NCBI GenBank assembly: GCA_026398415.1
Contig: JAPLSY010000087.1
Coordinates: 17,826 to 81,825 of the forward strand
Source: Kiritimatiellota bacterium
GTDB lineage: Bacteria > Verrucomicrobiota > Kiritimatiellia > JAAZAB01
Reading direction: 5' to 3'
Length of the DNA stretch: 64,000 nt
The notes beneath the pieces were generated by a model. That model searched no databases. It saw only the letters and a program-made list of their open reading frames with translations, and had not been told where the DNA came from. This document shows positions 18,588-28,322 of this stretch, in pieces (positions within the stretch are counted from its first letter, which is position 1; each line of letters begins with the position of its first letter). The position numbers and the translations under genes were made by a program.

Positions 18588-20611
18588 ACCTGCTCCTTTG
18601 CCTGCAATGCGATTAAATCAGGACAATTGGCGCAGCATCATCGCCAAACGACGATGCCACGTTCTTAATTTCTGCATGCGGTTTGCTGCGCCAGAAGCTT
18701 CTTCAACCCCGCCAGGCATTTCTCGGCGGAGCCTGGCCGGTTTTGAAATAATTACACTTCACACACTAAGCCGACAGCACTCTCTTTAATAGCCTCCTCT
18801 TTTCTTATCGTTTGTCAAGATGGCAATGGATTTTCAACCGGCGGAACTTGGCAAACTGACGAACGAGATAATATCCCGGTTGACCCTTTGCCGGGACGGG
18901 TATAGCATTAAACTTTAAAGGAATAATGCCGGCTAAGTTCGTACTGCGTTGTTTCTAAACTGGTGTCATTGTTCGGAAAACAAAGCGACGTAATATTAGT
19001 GCTTTGTTACCAGAGGAGGGCGTTATGCGGCCGCGGATGCTGCCAATCATTGTGGGCGCCGCCGGGTGGCGGGCGCTTGCCGCACCGGGACTATCCCTCC
19101 TGCTCACCGTGCCCCTTTTGGCCCAGACCATGAACCCGCGGTATTATAACCCCGGCACGCCTACGCTCACGGATATCTGGGTCGACCCACTTAACGGAAA
19201 CGACGGCCATTCCGGTGCGAACCGCAGTCAGGCCTTGCGCAGTCTGGAAGCCGCGTGGAACAGTATCCCCAACGACGCCACACTCACAACGACAGGCTAT
19301 CGCATCCAGTTGGTCGCAGGCATCTACACAGCCGACTTGATTCCGAATTACATGGAACGGCATTACGGCACGTATGCCTGCCCGGTAATCATTCAAGCTG
19401 TCGATGGCCAGGGCACGGCCACGCTGTTGCATGACCTGAATATCTTCGACTGCCACTATCTGTACCTTGTTGATTTTAACATTACCGCGGGGGCCAACAA
19501 CCTGATCCACGGCGAGGCCTGCACCAATCTACTGATGCACGGCCTGACCCTGCAGGGCGATACCAATGCAACGCAGGAAACCATCAAGATGAATCAGTGC
19601 CAGTATATTTACCTGGAAGACAGCGATGTCTCCGGCGCCTTTTGGATGGCCGTGGACTTCTTCGCCGTCCAACATGGCCACATTGTGGGCAACCGCCTGC
19701 ACAATGCCGACTGGGTCGCTTATCTCAAGGGCGGCTCGGCCTATTTCCGAATTGAAGCCAACGAGATCTATGACGGCGGCACAATCGGGTTCACGGCCGG
19801 CCAGGGCTCCGGTTTCGAATTTATGGCATCTCCGTGGCTACACTATGAAGCATCGGACATTAAATTCATTAATAACGTCGTCCACGACATCGACGGCGCC
19901 GGCATGGGTGTTAACGGCGGCTACAACATCCTCCTGGCGCATAACACCCTCTTCCGTGTCGGCCGTCGTTCACATGCGATAGAAGTCGTCTTCGGTGAAC
20001 GCAGTTGCGATGGCAACACAGGGCGCTGCGCCGAACTACTGGCCGCCGGCGGTTGGGGCACGGTGAACGCTGGCGTCTCTGAGCCGATCCCCAATTGCCA
20101 TGTCTATATCTACAACAACATCCTTTATAACCCCGCCGGCTACCGGAGCGCAGACAGCCACTTGGCGGTCTATGCCCCGCGTACTCCCTCCATCGGCTCA
20201 AACATCCCTTCCCCGGCGGAGACGGATACCGACCTGCGCTTTCGCGGTAACATCTTCTGGAACGGGCCGCCGGATCTTGCCCTGGGCATCGGTGACAGCG
20301 ACCAAGGCGGCCAGCCATCAAACCCCACCTGCAACCCAGCGCAATTCCTCGCGGATAACACCGTCAACAGCCTTGAACCACAACTCATAAATCCGACCGG
20401 CGCAGACTTCCGGCCGCTCATCGGCGGCAACGTATTTTCAACGGCGACGTATGCCATTCCGGATTTCACGGGAACAGATCGCCCGGCCCCGCCGGCGGAG
20501 CCGCAAGGCAATCTGCTCAACACCGTTGAGCGCGATTATTACGGCTATCCCCGTTTATCCTCCAGCCCGCCGGGCGCCTTTGCCCAAGCCAATACAAACA
20601 CAACGCCCAAT

Positions 20612-21305
20612 GACTACGATGGCGACGGCAAGTCTGACCTGGCCGTGTACCGTAACGGCAATTGGGCCATCCAAACGATGGCGGGTAACGTTATCGCTTA
20701 CGGCTGGGGCGAGCCGGGCTGGATACCAGTGTCAGGGGATTATGACGGCGATGGCAAGTCCGACCTGGCCGTGTACCGTGACGGCAATTGGGCCATCCAA
20801 ACGATGACGGGTAGCGTTATCGCTGACAGCTGGGGCGAGCCGGGCTGGATACCAGTGTCAGGGGATTATGATGGCGACGGCAAGTCCGACCTGGCCGTGT
20901 ACCGTGACGGCAATTGGGCCATCTGTACGATGGTGGGTAGCATTATCGCTCGTGACTGGGGCGAGCCGGGCTGGATACCAGTGCCAGGGGATTATGATGG
21001 TGGGTAGCATTATCGCTCGTGACTGGGGCGAGCCGGGCTGGATACCAGTGCCAGGGGATTATGATGGCGACGGCAAGTCCGACCTGGCCGTGTACCGTGA
21101 CGGCAATTGGGCCATTCACACGATGGCGGGTAGCATTATCGCTGGCGGCTGGGGCGAGCCGGGCTGGACTCCCGTGTCAGGGGATTATGATGGCGACGGC
21201 AAGTTTGACCTGGCCGTGTACCGTGACGGCAATTGGGCCATCCAAACGATGGCGGGTAACATGATCGCTGACAGCTGGGGCGAGCCGGGCTGGACTCCCG
21301 TGCCG
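20612..21305 (+). repeat. tandem ~120-bp (40-aa) FG-GAP-like coding repeats, ~5.7 units, ~90% nt identity
   Basis: Repeated gattatgatggcgacggcaagtccgacctggccgtgtaccgtgacggcaattgggccatc... units are directly visible. Confidence 0.85.
20934..21067 (+). repeat. perfect 67-bp direct tandem duplication (2 x tgggtagcattatcgctcgtgactggggcgagccgggctggataccagtgccaggggattatgatgg)
   Basis: Exact character-by-character match of 20934-21000 and 21001-21067. 67 is not a multiple of 3, so the duplication causes a +1 frameshift and an immediate TAG. Confidence 0.9.
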
Positions 21306-21799
21306 TAACGCCTGAGTATGCGTGTCATTCTGGAAGCTAATATGCGCCGGTAAGTACAATGTTTGGCGGACAAGATTCTAGGTAAGGTCTCCAGTGATTT
21401 TCACCACGCCGGTTTAATTGTCGCTTGAACTACAGAATTATCTCCCCACGCCTGTCTGATCTGGCTGGCAACACCCTCCACAAAATATTTAAGAATGCCT
21501 AAATAACTCCAAAACGTTCCAAAGGCATTCCTATCACCCAAATTCGCCAAAAGGTTCAAAATTAAAGTCGGTTTGGTCGCCAACGCTGATAAAAATATTG
21601 GCCATCCAAGCCGTTCCGACATGTTTTATGCATGATTATTCTCGTCAAGCCATCGATAATCCAGTATTGACTTGAAGGTTCCCTTAAGCTTGGAAAACTA
21701 TGGCTTCAGAATACTAAAGCTTAAAAATTGATCGCAAAATGGCGCAGCCATCGCAAAACTTATTGCTAAATGGTCGCCCGCCTGAAAACAGAGGAAAGA

Positions 21800-22051
21800 T
21801 CAAAAATGCTTTTGAGCAAAGGCACGGCCGGAATGAGATTTGAGGTAGTTCTCAAAGTCAAGCGCCTGTTGCCTATCGGAGAATGCAATATATGTTTTGA
21901 TTTGCCAAGGGCGGAATTTGGCCGTGTGTGGACATTCTCCATCGTTGTGCTGACGAATGCGGTCAGTCACATTTTCCGTAAAACCGGTATAGTGCTTTCC
22001 GGGATGGGAAAGGCTTCCAAGCATATAAACGCAATAGAAGCGCGTTTCCAT
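21800..22051 (-). CDS. GIY-YIG nuclease superfamily small protein
   Basis: FYCVYMLGS...HYTGFTENVTDRIRQHNDG...RPWQIKTYIAFSDRQQALDFENYLK matches the GIY-YIG (URI) motifs, as in the YhbQ/UPF0213 family. Such genes are typically found beside tRNA genes. Confidence 0.7.
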   Translation of the reverse strand: METRFYCVYMLGSLSHPGKHYTGFTENVTDRIRQHNDGECPHTAKFRPWQIKTYIAFSDRQQALDFENYLKSHSGRAFAQKHF

Positions 22052-22243
22052 GATTGGCGTTTAGTCTGACTCGGCTTCGTTACCAATATGACTTAGCCAA
22101 AACTGGCGTCCGGCTTCGTCTGGAGACCACGCCGTGACTGGCGTGCCAAGGCGTAGCTCGCAGACGGTTTATGAGTAAATAGCCCGGCTTCGTTAAGAAC
22201 TTCGCCGTGGCAGGCTTCGCTCTTGTTGACACTGCGAGCGAAG

Positions 22244-22316
22244 CCTGGAGCGGAGGAGATTCGAACTCCCGACCCCCACGTTGCGAACGTGGTGCTCTAC
22301 CAACTGAGCTACCGCC
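22244..22316 (-). tRNA. tRNA-Ala (anticodon CGC)
   Basis: The reverse complement folds as a cloverleaf. Acceptor stem GGGGCGG/CCGCTCC has the G3:U70 Ala identity pair and an A73 discriminator. D-loop AGTTGGTA. Anticodon loop TTCGCAA. T-loop TTCGAAT. CCA is not encoded. Confidence 0.85.
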
Positions 22317-22463
22317 CCATTTTGAAGAAGACACCAGAGGTCAGACGCCAGCCTGCCTACCATAGCGCTCGGGCAACGGCAGACGACAAGAGATCAGACA
22401 TCGAAAGTCGAGGTCAGGGAAAACCTCAACCATCGCAAGCCGAACAAGTTCACGCCAACAACT

Positions 22464-22598
22464 TTACGGCGCTGGTGATGGCGCCAGGCTGGATTGCTTG
22501 GCCATCTGCTTCATTTTTTTCTTCTGTTGTTTTTCCTGGATCGAAAGTTTCGGCTTGTTGTTACGACCGGTATTGCCTTTATCCATGCTTTTTCCCAT
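22464..22598 (-). CDS. small lysine-rich hypothetical protein (44 aa, MGKSMDKGNTGRNNKPKLSIQEKQQKKKMKQMAKQSSLAPSPAP)
   Basis: A perfect TAAGGAGG RBS sits 6 nt upstream of the ATG, between the tRNA and the DMT gene. No family recognised. Confidence 0.45.
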   Translation of the reverse strand: MGKSMDKGNTGRNNKPKLSIQEKQQKKKMKQMAKQSSLAPSPAP

Positions 22599-22683
22599 GA
22601 CGCGCCTCCTTATTTCAAGAATCTCCAAGGAACTTGCTTTTCTGACCGGCAATTATCCTCGCCGGGGTTCGTCTGTCAAAACA

Positions 22684-23610
22684 TTATTTTTGTTCGCTCG
22701 CTCCCGCATTAGGACCGCGGGAGGCGAAGAGATGACCGCTCACGGTAATCATCAAGCCGCCCAAAATGAGCGCACTGCCCAGTAGCATGAATCGGTTGAT
22801 GTGCTCGCCTAACACCAGGACGGCCAGCACAGAGGCCATCACAGGCTTGAGAAAAAACATCATTGAGGCCTGGAAAGCCGTGCCATGGCCAAGCCCGTAA
22901 TAATAGAGCCCGTAAGCCAGTGCGGTGCCCAGGAGCGCCACATACAGGGTCGGCGCCCAGGCGTTCGCCAAGCCGGCCAAGCCTTGGTGAGCCGTTACCA
23001 CCAACGCGAACGGCAGCACCATCAGACTGCCGAACAGCGCGGAAAAACCCGTGAGCACAAATACGCCATAGCGGATAATTACACGCCGGACGATACAGAC
23101 ACTGAGCGCAAACAACATGGCCGCCATCAGCATGAGACTGAGCGCCGCCAGGGATTGGCGCGTGAAGGCGCCCGATTCCCAGGCGAAACAGGCCACCCCC
23201 ACGATGCCGGTCACCATGGCCGCCCATTTCGGCACGCTCCAGGATTCGCGGTTGACAAACCGCGCAAAGAGCAGGACAAAAATCGGGTTGGCACTGAACA
23301 CCACGGCGCAGGAAGCCGCCTTTTCAAATACCAGGATTGCGGCATGGAACAGCACGAGCGCGAGCGCAAACCCAATGCCCCCATTGAGCGCAAACACGCC
23401 ATAATCGCGCGAACCCAGGGGTACCGACCGCTTGCGCAGAGCCGGCGCCGCCAGGGCCAGCAGGATGATCCCGGTCAGGAAAAAGCGGATGAAGACCATT
23501 TGCAGGGGATGAACCCGCGCCCCGACAAGCTTGCTGGCCACCTCAACCGTGCTGAACAAGCCTACACCGGCAAATAGCGCCAGAAACCCAATGACTTTTT
23601 CATGACGCAT
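22684..23610 (-). CDS. DMT-superfamily (EamA-like) transporter
   Basis: ~10 hydrophobic helices in an EamA-type duplicated pattern. Start chosen at the internal ATG (MRHEKVIGFLALFAG), because the longer ORF adds non-hydrophobic residues. Confidence 0.65.
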   Translation of the reverse strand: MRHEKVIGFLALFAGVGLFSTVEVASKLVGARVHPLQMVFIRFFLTGIILLALAAPALRKRSVPLGSRDYGVFALNGGIGFALALVLFHAAILVFEKAASCAVVFSANPIFVLLFARFVNRESWSVPKWAAMVTGIVGVACFAWESGAFTRQSLAALSLMLMAAMLFALSVCIVRRVIIRYGVFVLTGFSALFGSLMVLPFALVVTAHQGLAGLANAWAPTLYVALLGTALAYGLYYYGLGHGTAFQASMMFFLKPVMASVLAVLVLGEHINRFMLLGSALILGGLMITVSGHLFASRGPNAGASEQK

Positions 23611-23768
23611 AGCAGGAACCCGATTGGGAGGGAAGGCCGGATGACAGACGACAGACAACGGACGACAGACCTTCCTTCGTCCAAGCGCTCCGGAGGGCAA
23701 GCGACAGATTTATCCCGCATTGTGCGCGGGAGGGCGGACGGCCGAAGACACGACAGAAAAGAGACCTA

Positions 23769-25175
23769 CTACGCTTGTGAAGGCGGCTTATAAGATTTCT
23801 CGATCTTGGCGGCCACATCCTTGTAGCCGATATCCACCTGGTAGATTTCTTTGTAATATTGATTCACCGCCGTCGCGATATCGCCCTGGGCTTCCAAGGT
23901 TTCACCCAACTGGTAGAAAATATCCTTCTTCAACTCGTCCATTTCGGTCAATTCGGCGGCGGCTTTCTCCAGTTGATCGCGCGCCATATCGAACTGCTGT
24001 TTCTGCTTGAAACACCGCGCCATGTAATACAGCGAACGCACCCGGTTGCGCGGATTGCGCTGGGCCATCTGGAACTGCTGGATGGCTTCGTTCAACATGT
24101 TGCGTTCGAACAGAAGCACACCATAATCATACCGCAGGGGCAAATCGTTGGGATACCGCTCGATGCGCGCCTCGGTGTTCTTGAACACAAACTCATTTTT
24201 GGCGGCTTCCTTGGTTTTCACCCCGGCCAAATCGCCGTTTTCACGGCACTGGGCAATCTCAAAATCGAATTGCTTCAATTGCACCGTCGCCAGCATCTGA
24301 TCAAGTTGCGGGTCCGCCGCACCGCCGAGGCGCTTGGCTTCATCAATCGTGTGCTTGGCGTCGTCAAACCGCGTCGCCTGCATATACAGATTAGCCAGGG
24401 CGCGGCGGTAATTGACGTTTTCAGGCTCGTGCTTAACGCGCCCTTCCAGGTCATGGATCAGCAATTCCGCACTTTTGCCGTCCTTAACCGCCATGGCTTC
24501 TTTCTCCAGCATGGACGCTTCCTTGACGTCCTTGATAACGCTCCGGTAGCCTCCCCCACCCTTGGCCGCCTCGTCCCAGCCGCCCTTGGCCATTGTTTCG
24601 CGGGCCATGGCATTCTTCAGCATCTGCATGGCCTCGCCATCGTGGGGCTTCAGGTTGACAACGGCCTCGAAACATTCCTTGGCATCCTGGGGCTGGTCCA
24701 TTTGCATATACAGGTTGCCCAGCCAAGCCAGGAACTCGGCATCCTGCTGAAAATATTCGCGCACCATGGCCAGCGTCAGGGCGGCCACTTCCGGCATCTC
24801 CGCCGCCTCGGCCATCTTGCACAGGAAACGGATAAAGGTCGGATTCAGGGGATCTTTGCGAATAAGTTCTTCGCCCAGGCGCAGGGCTTCTTGCGACTTC
24901 CCGGCGCGCATGGCCAGCCAGCCTTTGATCAATTGTGGCGCGGCGCTGATCGTGGTCATGACGCGTGCCGTTTGGCCGCTACCGGCTTCATTGAACTGCT
25001 TCAGGGCGGTCGCCCGCAGAAATTTCCGCGCCCGCAAAAAATGAGGTTCGATATCCAGCGCCGCCATGAACATATCCATTGCATAAGGCAGGTTGCCATG
25101 CTCCGTGGCCACCAGACCCTTGTCAAACAACTCACGTGCCCGCTTGGGCACATTGGCTTCAGATAGATCCGCCAT
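23769..25175 (-). CDS. tetratricopeptide-repeat (TPR) protein
   Basis: AGGAG RBS. Repeated 34-aa A/L/Y-rich helical units (e.g. ALANLYMQATRFDDAKHTIDEA, YYMARCFKQKQQFDMARDQLEKA). Confidence 0.65.
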   Translation of the reverse strand: MADLSEANVPKRARELFDKGLVATEHGNLPYAMDMFMAALDIEPHFLRARKFLRATALKQFNEAGSGQTARVMTTISAAPQLIKGWLAMRAGKSQEALRLGEELIRKDPLNPTFIRFLCKMAEAAEMPEVAALTLAMVREYFQQDAEFLAWLGNLYMQMDQPQDAKECFEAVVNLKPHDGEAMQMLKNAMARETMAKGGWDEAAKGGGGYRSVIKDVKEASMLEKEAMAVKDGKSAELLIHDLEGRVKHEPENVNYRRALANLYMQATRFDDAKHTIDEAKRLGGAADPQLDQMLATVQLKQFDFEIAQCRENGDLAGVKTKEAAKNEFVFKNTEARIERYPNDLPLRYDYGVLLFERNMLNEAIQQFQMAQRNPRNRVRSLYYMARCFKQKQQFDMARDQLEKAAAELTEMDELKKDIFYQLGETLEAQGDIATAVNQYYKEIYQVDIGYKDVAAKIEKSYKPPSQA

Positions 25176-25223
25176 GGAAAAAACTCCTGTTTTTTTCTAT
25201 TCTTTAAGATTACACTTACGCAC

Positions 25224-26324
25224 TTGTGGATGTCAATAGGCAATGAACACCAAAATCCATGTAATATGAACTTACCGTCTTATTACAGGTTGAAAAAATC
25301 TGCTGCCCACCGGGCATTCGATGCCAGCCGAGCATTCGGCGCCGGCCGAGCATTCGGCGCCGGCCTGCTTGTAGGCGTCTGGCTGGCTGCGGAGGCGGCT
25401 TCTGCGGCCAGTTTCATCATGGGCGATGCCGTCTCATTGTCCCAGTTATCCCATCGTTACAACTTCCTCGCATACACCGTCCAGGGCAAGAACCTCGAAC
25501 TGAGAACCAAGTTCAATACTTTCACCTTCGAAGGCGATACCCGTAAGGTAGAATTCAACAACATCCTCGTCTGGTTGAATGCGCCGGTCGCCCGGCATTG
25601 GGGCTCATGGACCATTCGGGACCTGGATGTGGATAAAACCATTTTACCGCTGATCCATCCCTCTCAGGCGCTCAAATCGGAAAGCTGGCGTCTGGTGATC
25701 CTGGATCCGGGCCATGGCGGCCAAGACCCCGGTGCCTCAGATCTGCGCCGAAATCTGGAAGAAAAACGCATTACCCTGGAACTGGCCCAGCACGTCCGAA
25801 CCATCCTGCAGAAATACAATGTGGACGCGCGCCTGACGCGCGGCAGCGACCAAACCACCGATCTGGACCAGCGGTGCCTTTTGGCCAACCGATTTGGAGC
25901 CGACTTGTTCGTCAGCATTCACTTGAATGCAGCGGCAAATTCGGAATCTTCCGGCATCCAGACCCACATCCTGCCACCGGCAGGCTGTCCCATCACTGAG
26001 AGCGCTTTTGTCAGCTCCCGTGACCGCGTGGCGTTTCCCGGCAACCGTCACGACGAAGCCAATATGGTCCTGGGCTATTACCTCCAAAAAAGTCTGATCA
26101 AGTACACCCGCTTGGAAGATCGCGGCGTACGGCGCTCCCGGTTCTACGTGATCCGCAATGTGGCTTGCCCAGCCGCCTTGGTGGAATGCGGGTTTATATC
26201 GAGCCGCAACGACAGGACCAAAATAATGACTTCGGCCTATCGGGATAATGTTGTCCGGGGCATTACCGAAGGCATCCTGACCTACCTCAATATGGTTAAA
26301 CGCGCCCAGGCGCTTAATCCCTGA
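25224..26324 (+). CDS. N-acetylmuramoyl-L-alanine amidase (Amidase_3 family)
   Basis: Motifs LVILDPGHGGQDPGA and DLFVSIHLNAAANS, plus the C-terminal GFISS motif. N-terminal signal/anchor. Start is uncertain (alternative ATG at 25266). Confidence 0.75.
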   Translation: MWMSIGNEHQNPCNMNLPSYYRLKKSAAHRAFDASRAFGAGRAFGAGLLVGVWLAAEAASAASFIMGDAVSLSQLSHRYNFLAYTVQGKNLELRTKFNTFTFEGDTRKVEFNNILVWLNAPVARHWGSWTIRDLDVDKTILPLIHPSQALKSESWRLVILDPGHGGQDPGASDLRRNLEEKRITLELAQHVRTILQKYNVDARLTRGSDQTTDLDQRCLLANRFGADLFVSIHLNAAANSESSGIQTHILPPAGCPITESAFVSSRDRVAFPGNRHDEANMVLGYYLQKSLIKYTRLEDRGVRRSRFYVIRNVACPAALVECGFISSRNDRTKIMTSAYRDNVVRGITEGILTYLNMVKRAQALNP

Positions 26325-26419
26325 GGAACCCCCGTGCGCGTCCCGTGTGGGAATCCGCTTGCTTCCTGACCCTGATATTCTCATAATGCCATTTTGCTTG
26401 GCAAAATTTAAAGGCACCA

Positions 26420-27571
26420 ATGAAAGTTCCTTTGCTTGATTTGAAGGCCCAATATGCGCCGCTTCGCGAGGAAATCCGCGCGGCCATGGACGAGGTGTGC
26501 GACGCCCAGCAGTTCATTCTCGGCACACGGGTCCAGGCATTTGAGGCGCATGTGGCCGCTTACTGCGGCGTGCCATATGCCGTCGGCCTATCCTCCGGCA
26601 CCGACGCCCTGTTGGCGGCGCTCATGGCCCTAGATATCGGACCAGGTGACGCCGTTGTCACGTCCCCCTTCACTTTTTTTGCCACGCTCGGCTCCATTGT
26701 GCGGCTGGGCGCTTTTCCGCTCATGGCCGATATTGATCCGCTGACGTTCAACCTGAGCCCGGCCGGCGTGCGCGTCTTGCTGGAGAACCCGCCGCACCGC
26801 TTGAAGAAACACCTCCCCAAGGTACTTCTGCCGGTGCACCTGTTCGGCCAGTGCGCCGATATGGACCCGCTTTTGGACCTGGCGCGGCAACACGGCCTGC
26901 ATGTTGTCGAGGACGCGGCCCAGGCCATCGGCGCGGAGTATCCCGCGCGCACCGGCATCTGTAAGGCGGGCACACTGGGGGACATCGGCTGTTTCAGCTT
27001 CTTTCCTTCCAAAAACCTGGGCGGCTTCGGCGACGGCGGCATGGCCGTAACTCGCGCCGCGACGCTGGATACGGCCCTGCGCACCATTCGCGTGCATGGA
27101 TCGACAGAACAATACCGACACGAGCGGCTGAGCGGCAATTTCCGCTTGGACGCCCTGCAGGCCGCCGTGCTGGACGTCAAATTGAAACACCTTGAAAACT
27201 GGCATGCGGCGCGGCGTGCGCACGCCGAATTATACGACCGCGCTTTCCGAGGCTCAGCGGTACAGACCCCACGGGCAGCCTACGCAGACCACACCCTGAC
27301 GAATCATCACATTTACAACCAATACGTGATCCGCGTGCCGGAGCGCGACCGGGTGCATGCGGCTTTGCAAAAGGCCGGCATCGGCTGTGCCATTTACTAT
27401 CCCGTGCCCATGCACCTGCAACCCTGTTTCCGCGACCTGGGTTACCGCTCCGGCGATTTCCCGGAAAGCGAGCAAGCCGCCAGTGAAGTTTTGGCCTTGC
27501 CCATTTACCCGGAATTAACGGAAGCCATGCAACAGGCCGTTGTGGATGAAGTGCTGAAGGCCGTAGGCTGA
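26420..27571 (+). CDS. DegT/DnrJ/EryC1/StrS-family PLP-dependent sugar aminotransferase
   Basis: VPLLDLKAQYAPLREEI...FILG..V..FE...A.Y.G..YAVG.SSGTDAL is the family N-terminus. A downstream PLP-lysine-region motif (FSFFPSKNLG) is present. Confidence 0.8.
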   Translation: MKVPLLDLKAQYAPLREEIRAAMDEVCDAQQFILGTRVQAFEAHVAAYCGVPYAVGLSSGTDALLAALMALDIGPGDAVVTSPFTFFATLGSIVRLGAFPLMADIDPLTFNLSPAGVRVLLENPPHRLKKHLPKVLLPVHLFGQCADMDPLLDLARQHGLHVVEDAAQAIGAEYPARTGICKAGTLGDIGCFSFFPSKNLGGFGDGGMAVTRAATLDTALRTIRVHGSTEQYRHERLSGNFRLDALQAAVLDVKLKHLENWHAARRAHAELYDRAFRGSAVQTPRAAYADHTLTNHHIYNQYVIRVPERDRVHAALQKAGIGCAIYYPVPMHLQPCFRDLGYRSGDFPESEQAASEVLALPIYPELTEAMQQAVVDEVLKAVG

Positions 27572-27585
27572 ACCCCATCTTCCCA

Positions 27586-28305
27586 ATGAAACCAACGCAC
27601 CAAAACCAGGTTCCGCGGCATGTAGCCATCATCATGGACGGCAATGGGCGCTGGGCAAAACAGCACGGGGTGCCCCGTCTGAAGGGCCACGAGGAAGGCA
27701 CTCAATCGGTGGAAGCCGTCCTGCGCGCGTGCAAGCGCTCCGACATCCAGTACCTTACGCTGTACGCGTTCAGCACCGAAAACTGGGTGCGCCCGCCCTC
27801 GGAAATCAAAGGCCTGATGCAAATCCTGGCACAGTTCCTTAAAACCCGCGAGACCGATATGCTCCAGGAAAAAATCCGGTTGCGCGCCATCGGACGCCTG
27901 GATGACCTGCCCCGTCCGGTACGGAACGAACTCCAGCGCGTCATGAAGGCCACGGAACATTTTACCCAGCGCCAGCTGATCCTGGCCTTGAGTTATGGCG
28001 GTCGGGATGAAATCACCCAGGCCGTCCGCGCCATTGCCCGGCGTGTCCAGGACGGCAAGTTGGCTGTCCGGGATATTGACGAGGCCCTGGTTGCCCGGCA
28101 CCTGTTCGCGCCCGATGTTCCGGACCCCGACTTGCTGATCCGAACCAGTGGCGAGATGCGGCTCAGCAATTTCATGTTATGGCAGGCGTCCTATACCGAA
28201 CTTTATATCACGGAAACGCTCTGGCCCGATTTCCGTGAAGACGCTTTCGCCGAGGCCTTGGCGGTTTACGCCCGCCGACAGCGGCGCTTCGGTCAGGTCA
28301 GTTAA
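27586..28305 (+). CDS. uppS: isoprenyl transferase (undecaprenyl-diphosphate synthase)
   Basis: Motifs HVAIIMDGNGRWA and LTLYAFSTENWVRP, plus the C-terminal RRFG motif. Confidence 0.9.
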   Translation: MKPTHQNQVPRHVAIIMDGNGRWAKQHGVPRLKGHEEGTQSVEAVLRACKRSDIQYLTLYAFSTENWVRPPSEIKGLMQILAQFLKTRETDMLQEKIRLRAIGRLDDLPRPVRNELQRVMKATEHFTQRQLILALSYGGRDEITQAVRAIARRVQDGKLAVRDIDEALVARHLFAPDVPDPDLLIRTSGEMRLSNFMLWQASYTELYITETLWPDFREDAFAEALAVYARRQRRFGQVS

Positions 28306-28322
28306 ACTGTCAAGGAATCAGC

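Larger units (their letters stand above)
19025..21308 (+). pseudogene. secreted beta-helix protein with C-terminal FG-GAP-like 40-aa repeats, frameshifted by a 67-bp tandem duplication (ORF 19025-21007, continues in +1 frame to 21308)
   Basis: GAGGAGG RBS 7 nt before ATG 19025. Signal peptide. Beta-helix region. Five ~120-bp repeats encode DYDGDGKSDLAVYRDGNWAIQTM.G..IA..WGEPGWIPV. Premature TAG at 21005-21007 lies exactly at the junction of a perfect 67-bp duplication (20934-21000 = 21001-21067). Confidence 0.6.

Noticed and set aside
22080-22334. 84-aa minus-strand ORF (…GGSSVGRAPRSQRGGREFESPP…)
   Set aside because: It is the literal translation of the tRNA-Ala gene plus flanks. This characteristic tRNA-derived peptide string is not a real CDS.
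25325-25365. Duplicated 21-bp unit ccgagcattcggcgccggc (x2) in the amidase N-terminus
   Set aside because: Only two copies, in frame (ASRAFGAGRAFGAG), within a low-complexity signal/anchor region. A trivial slippage duplication that is not worth a separate finding.
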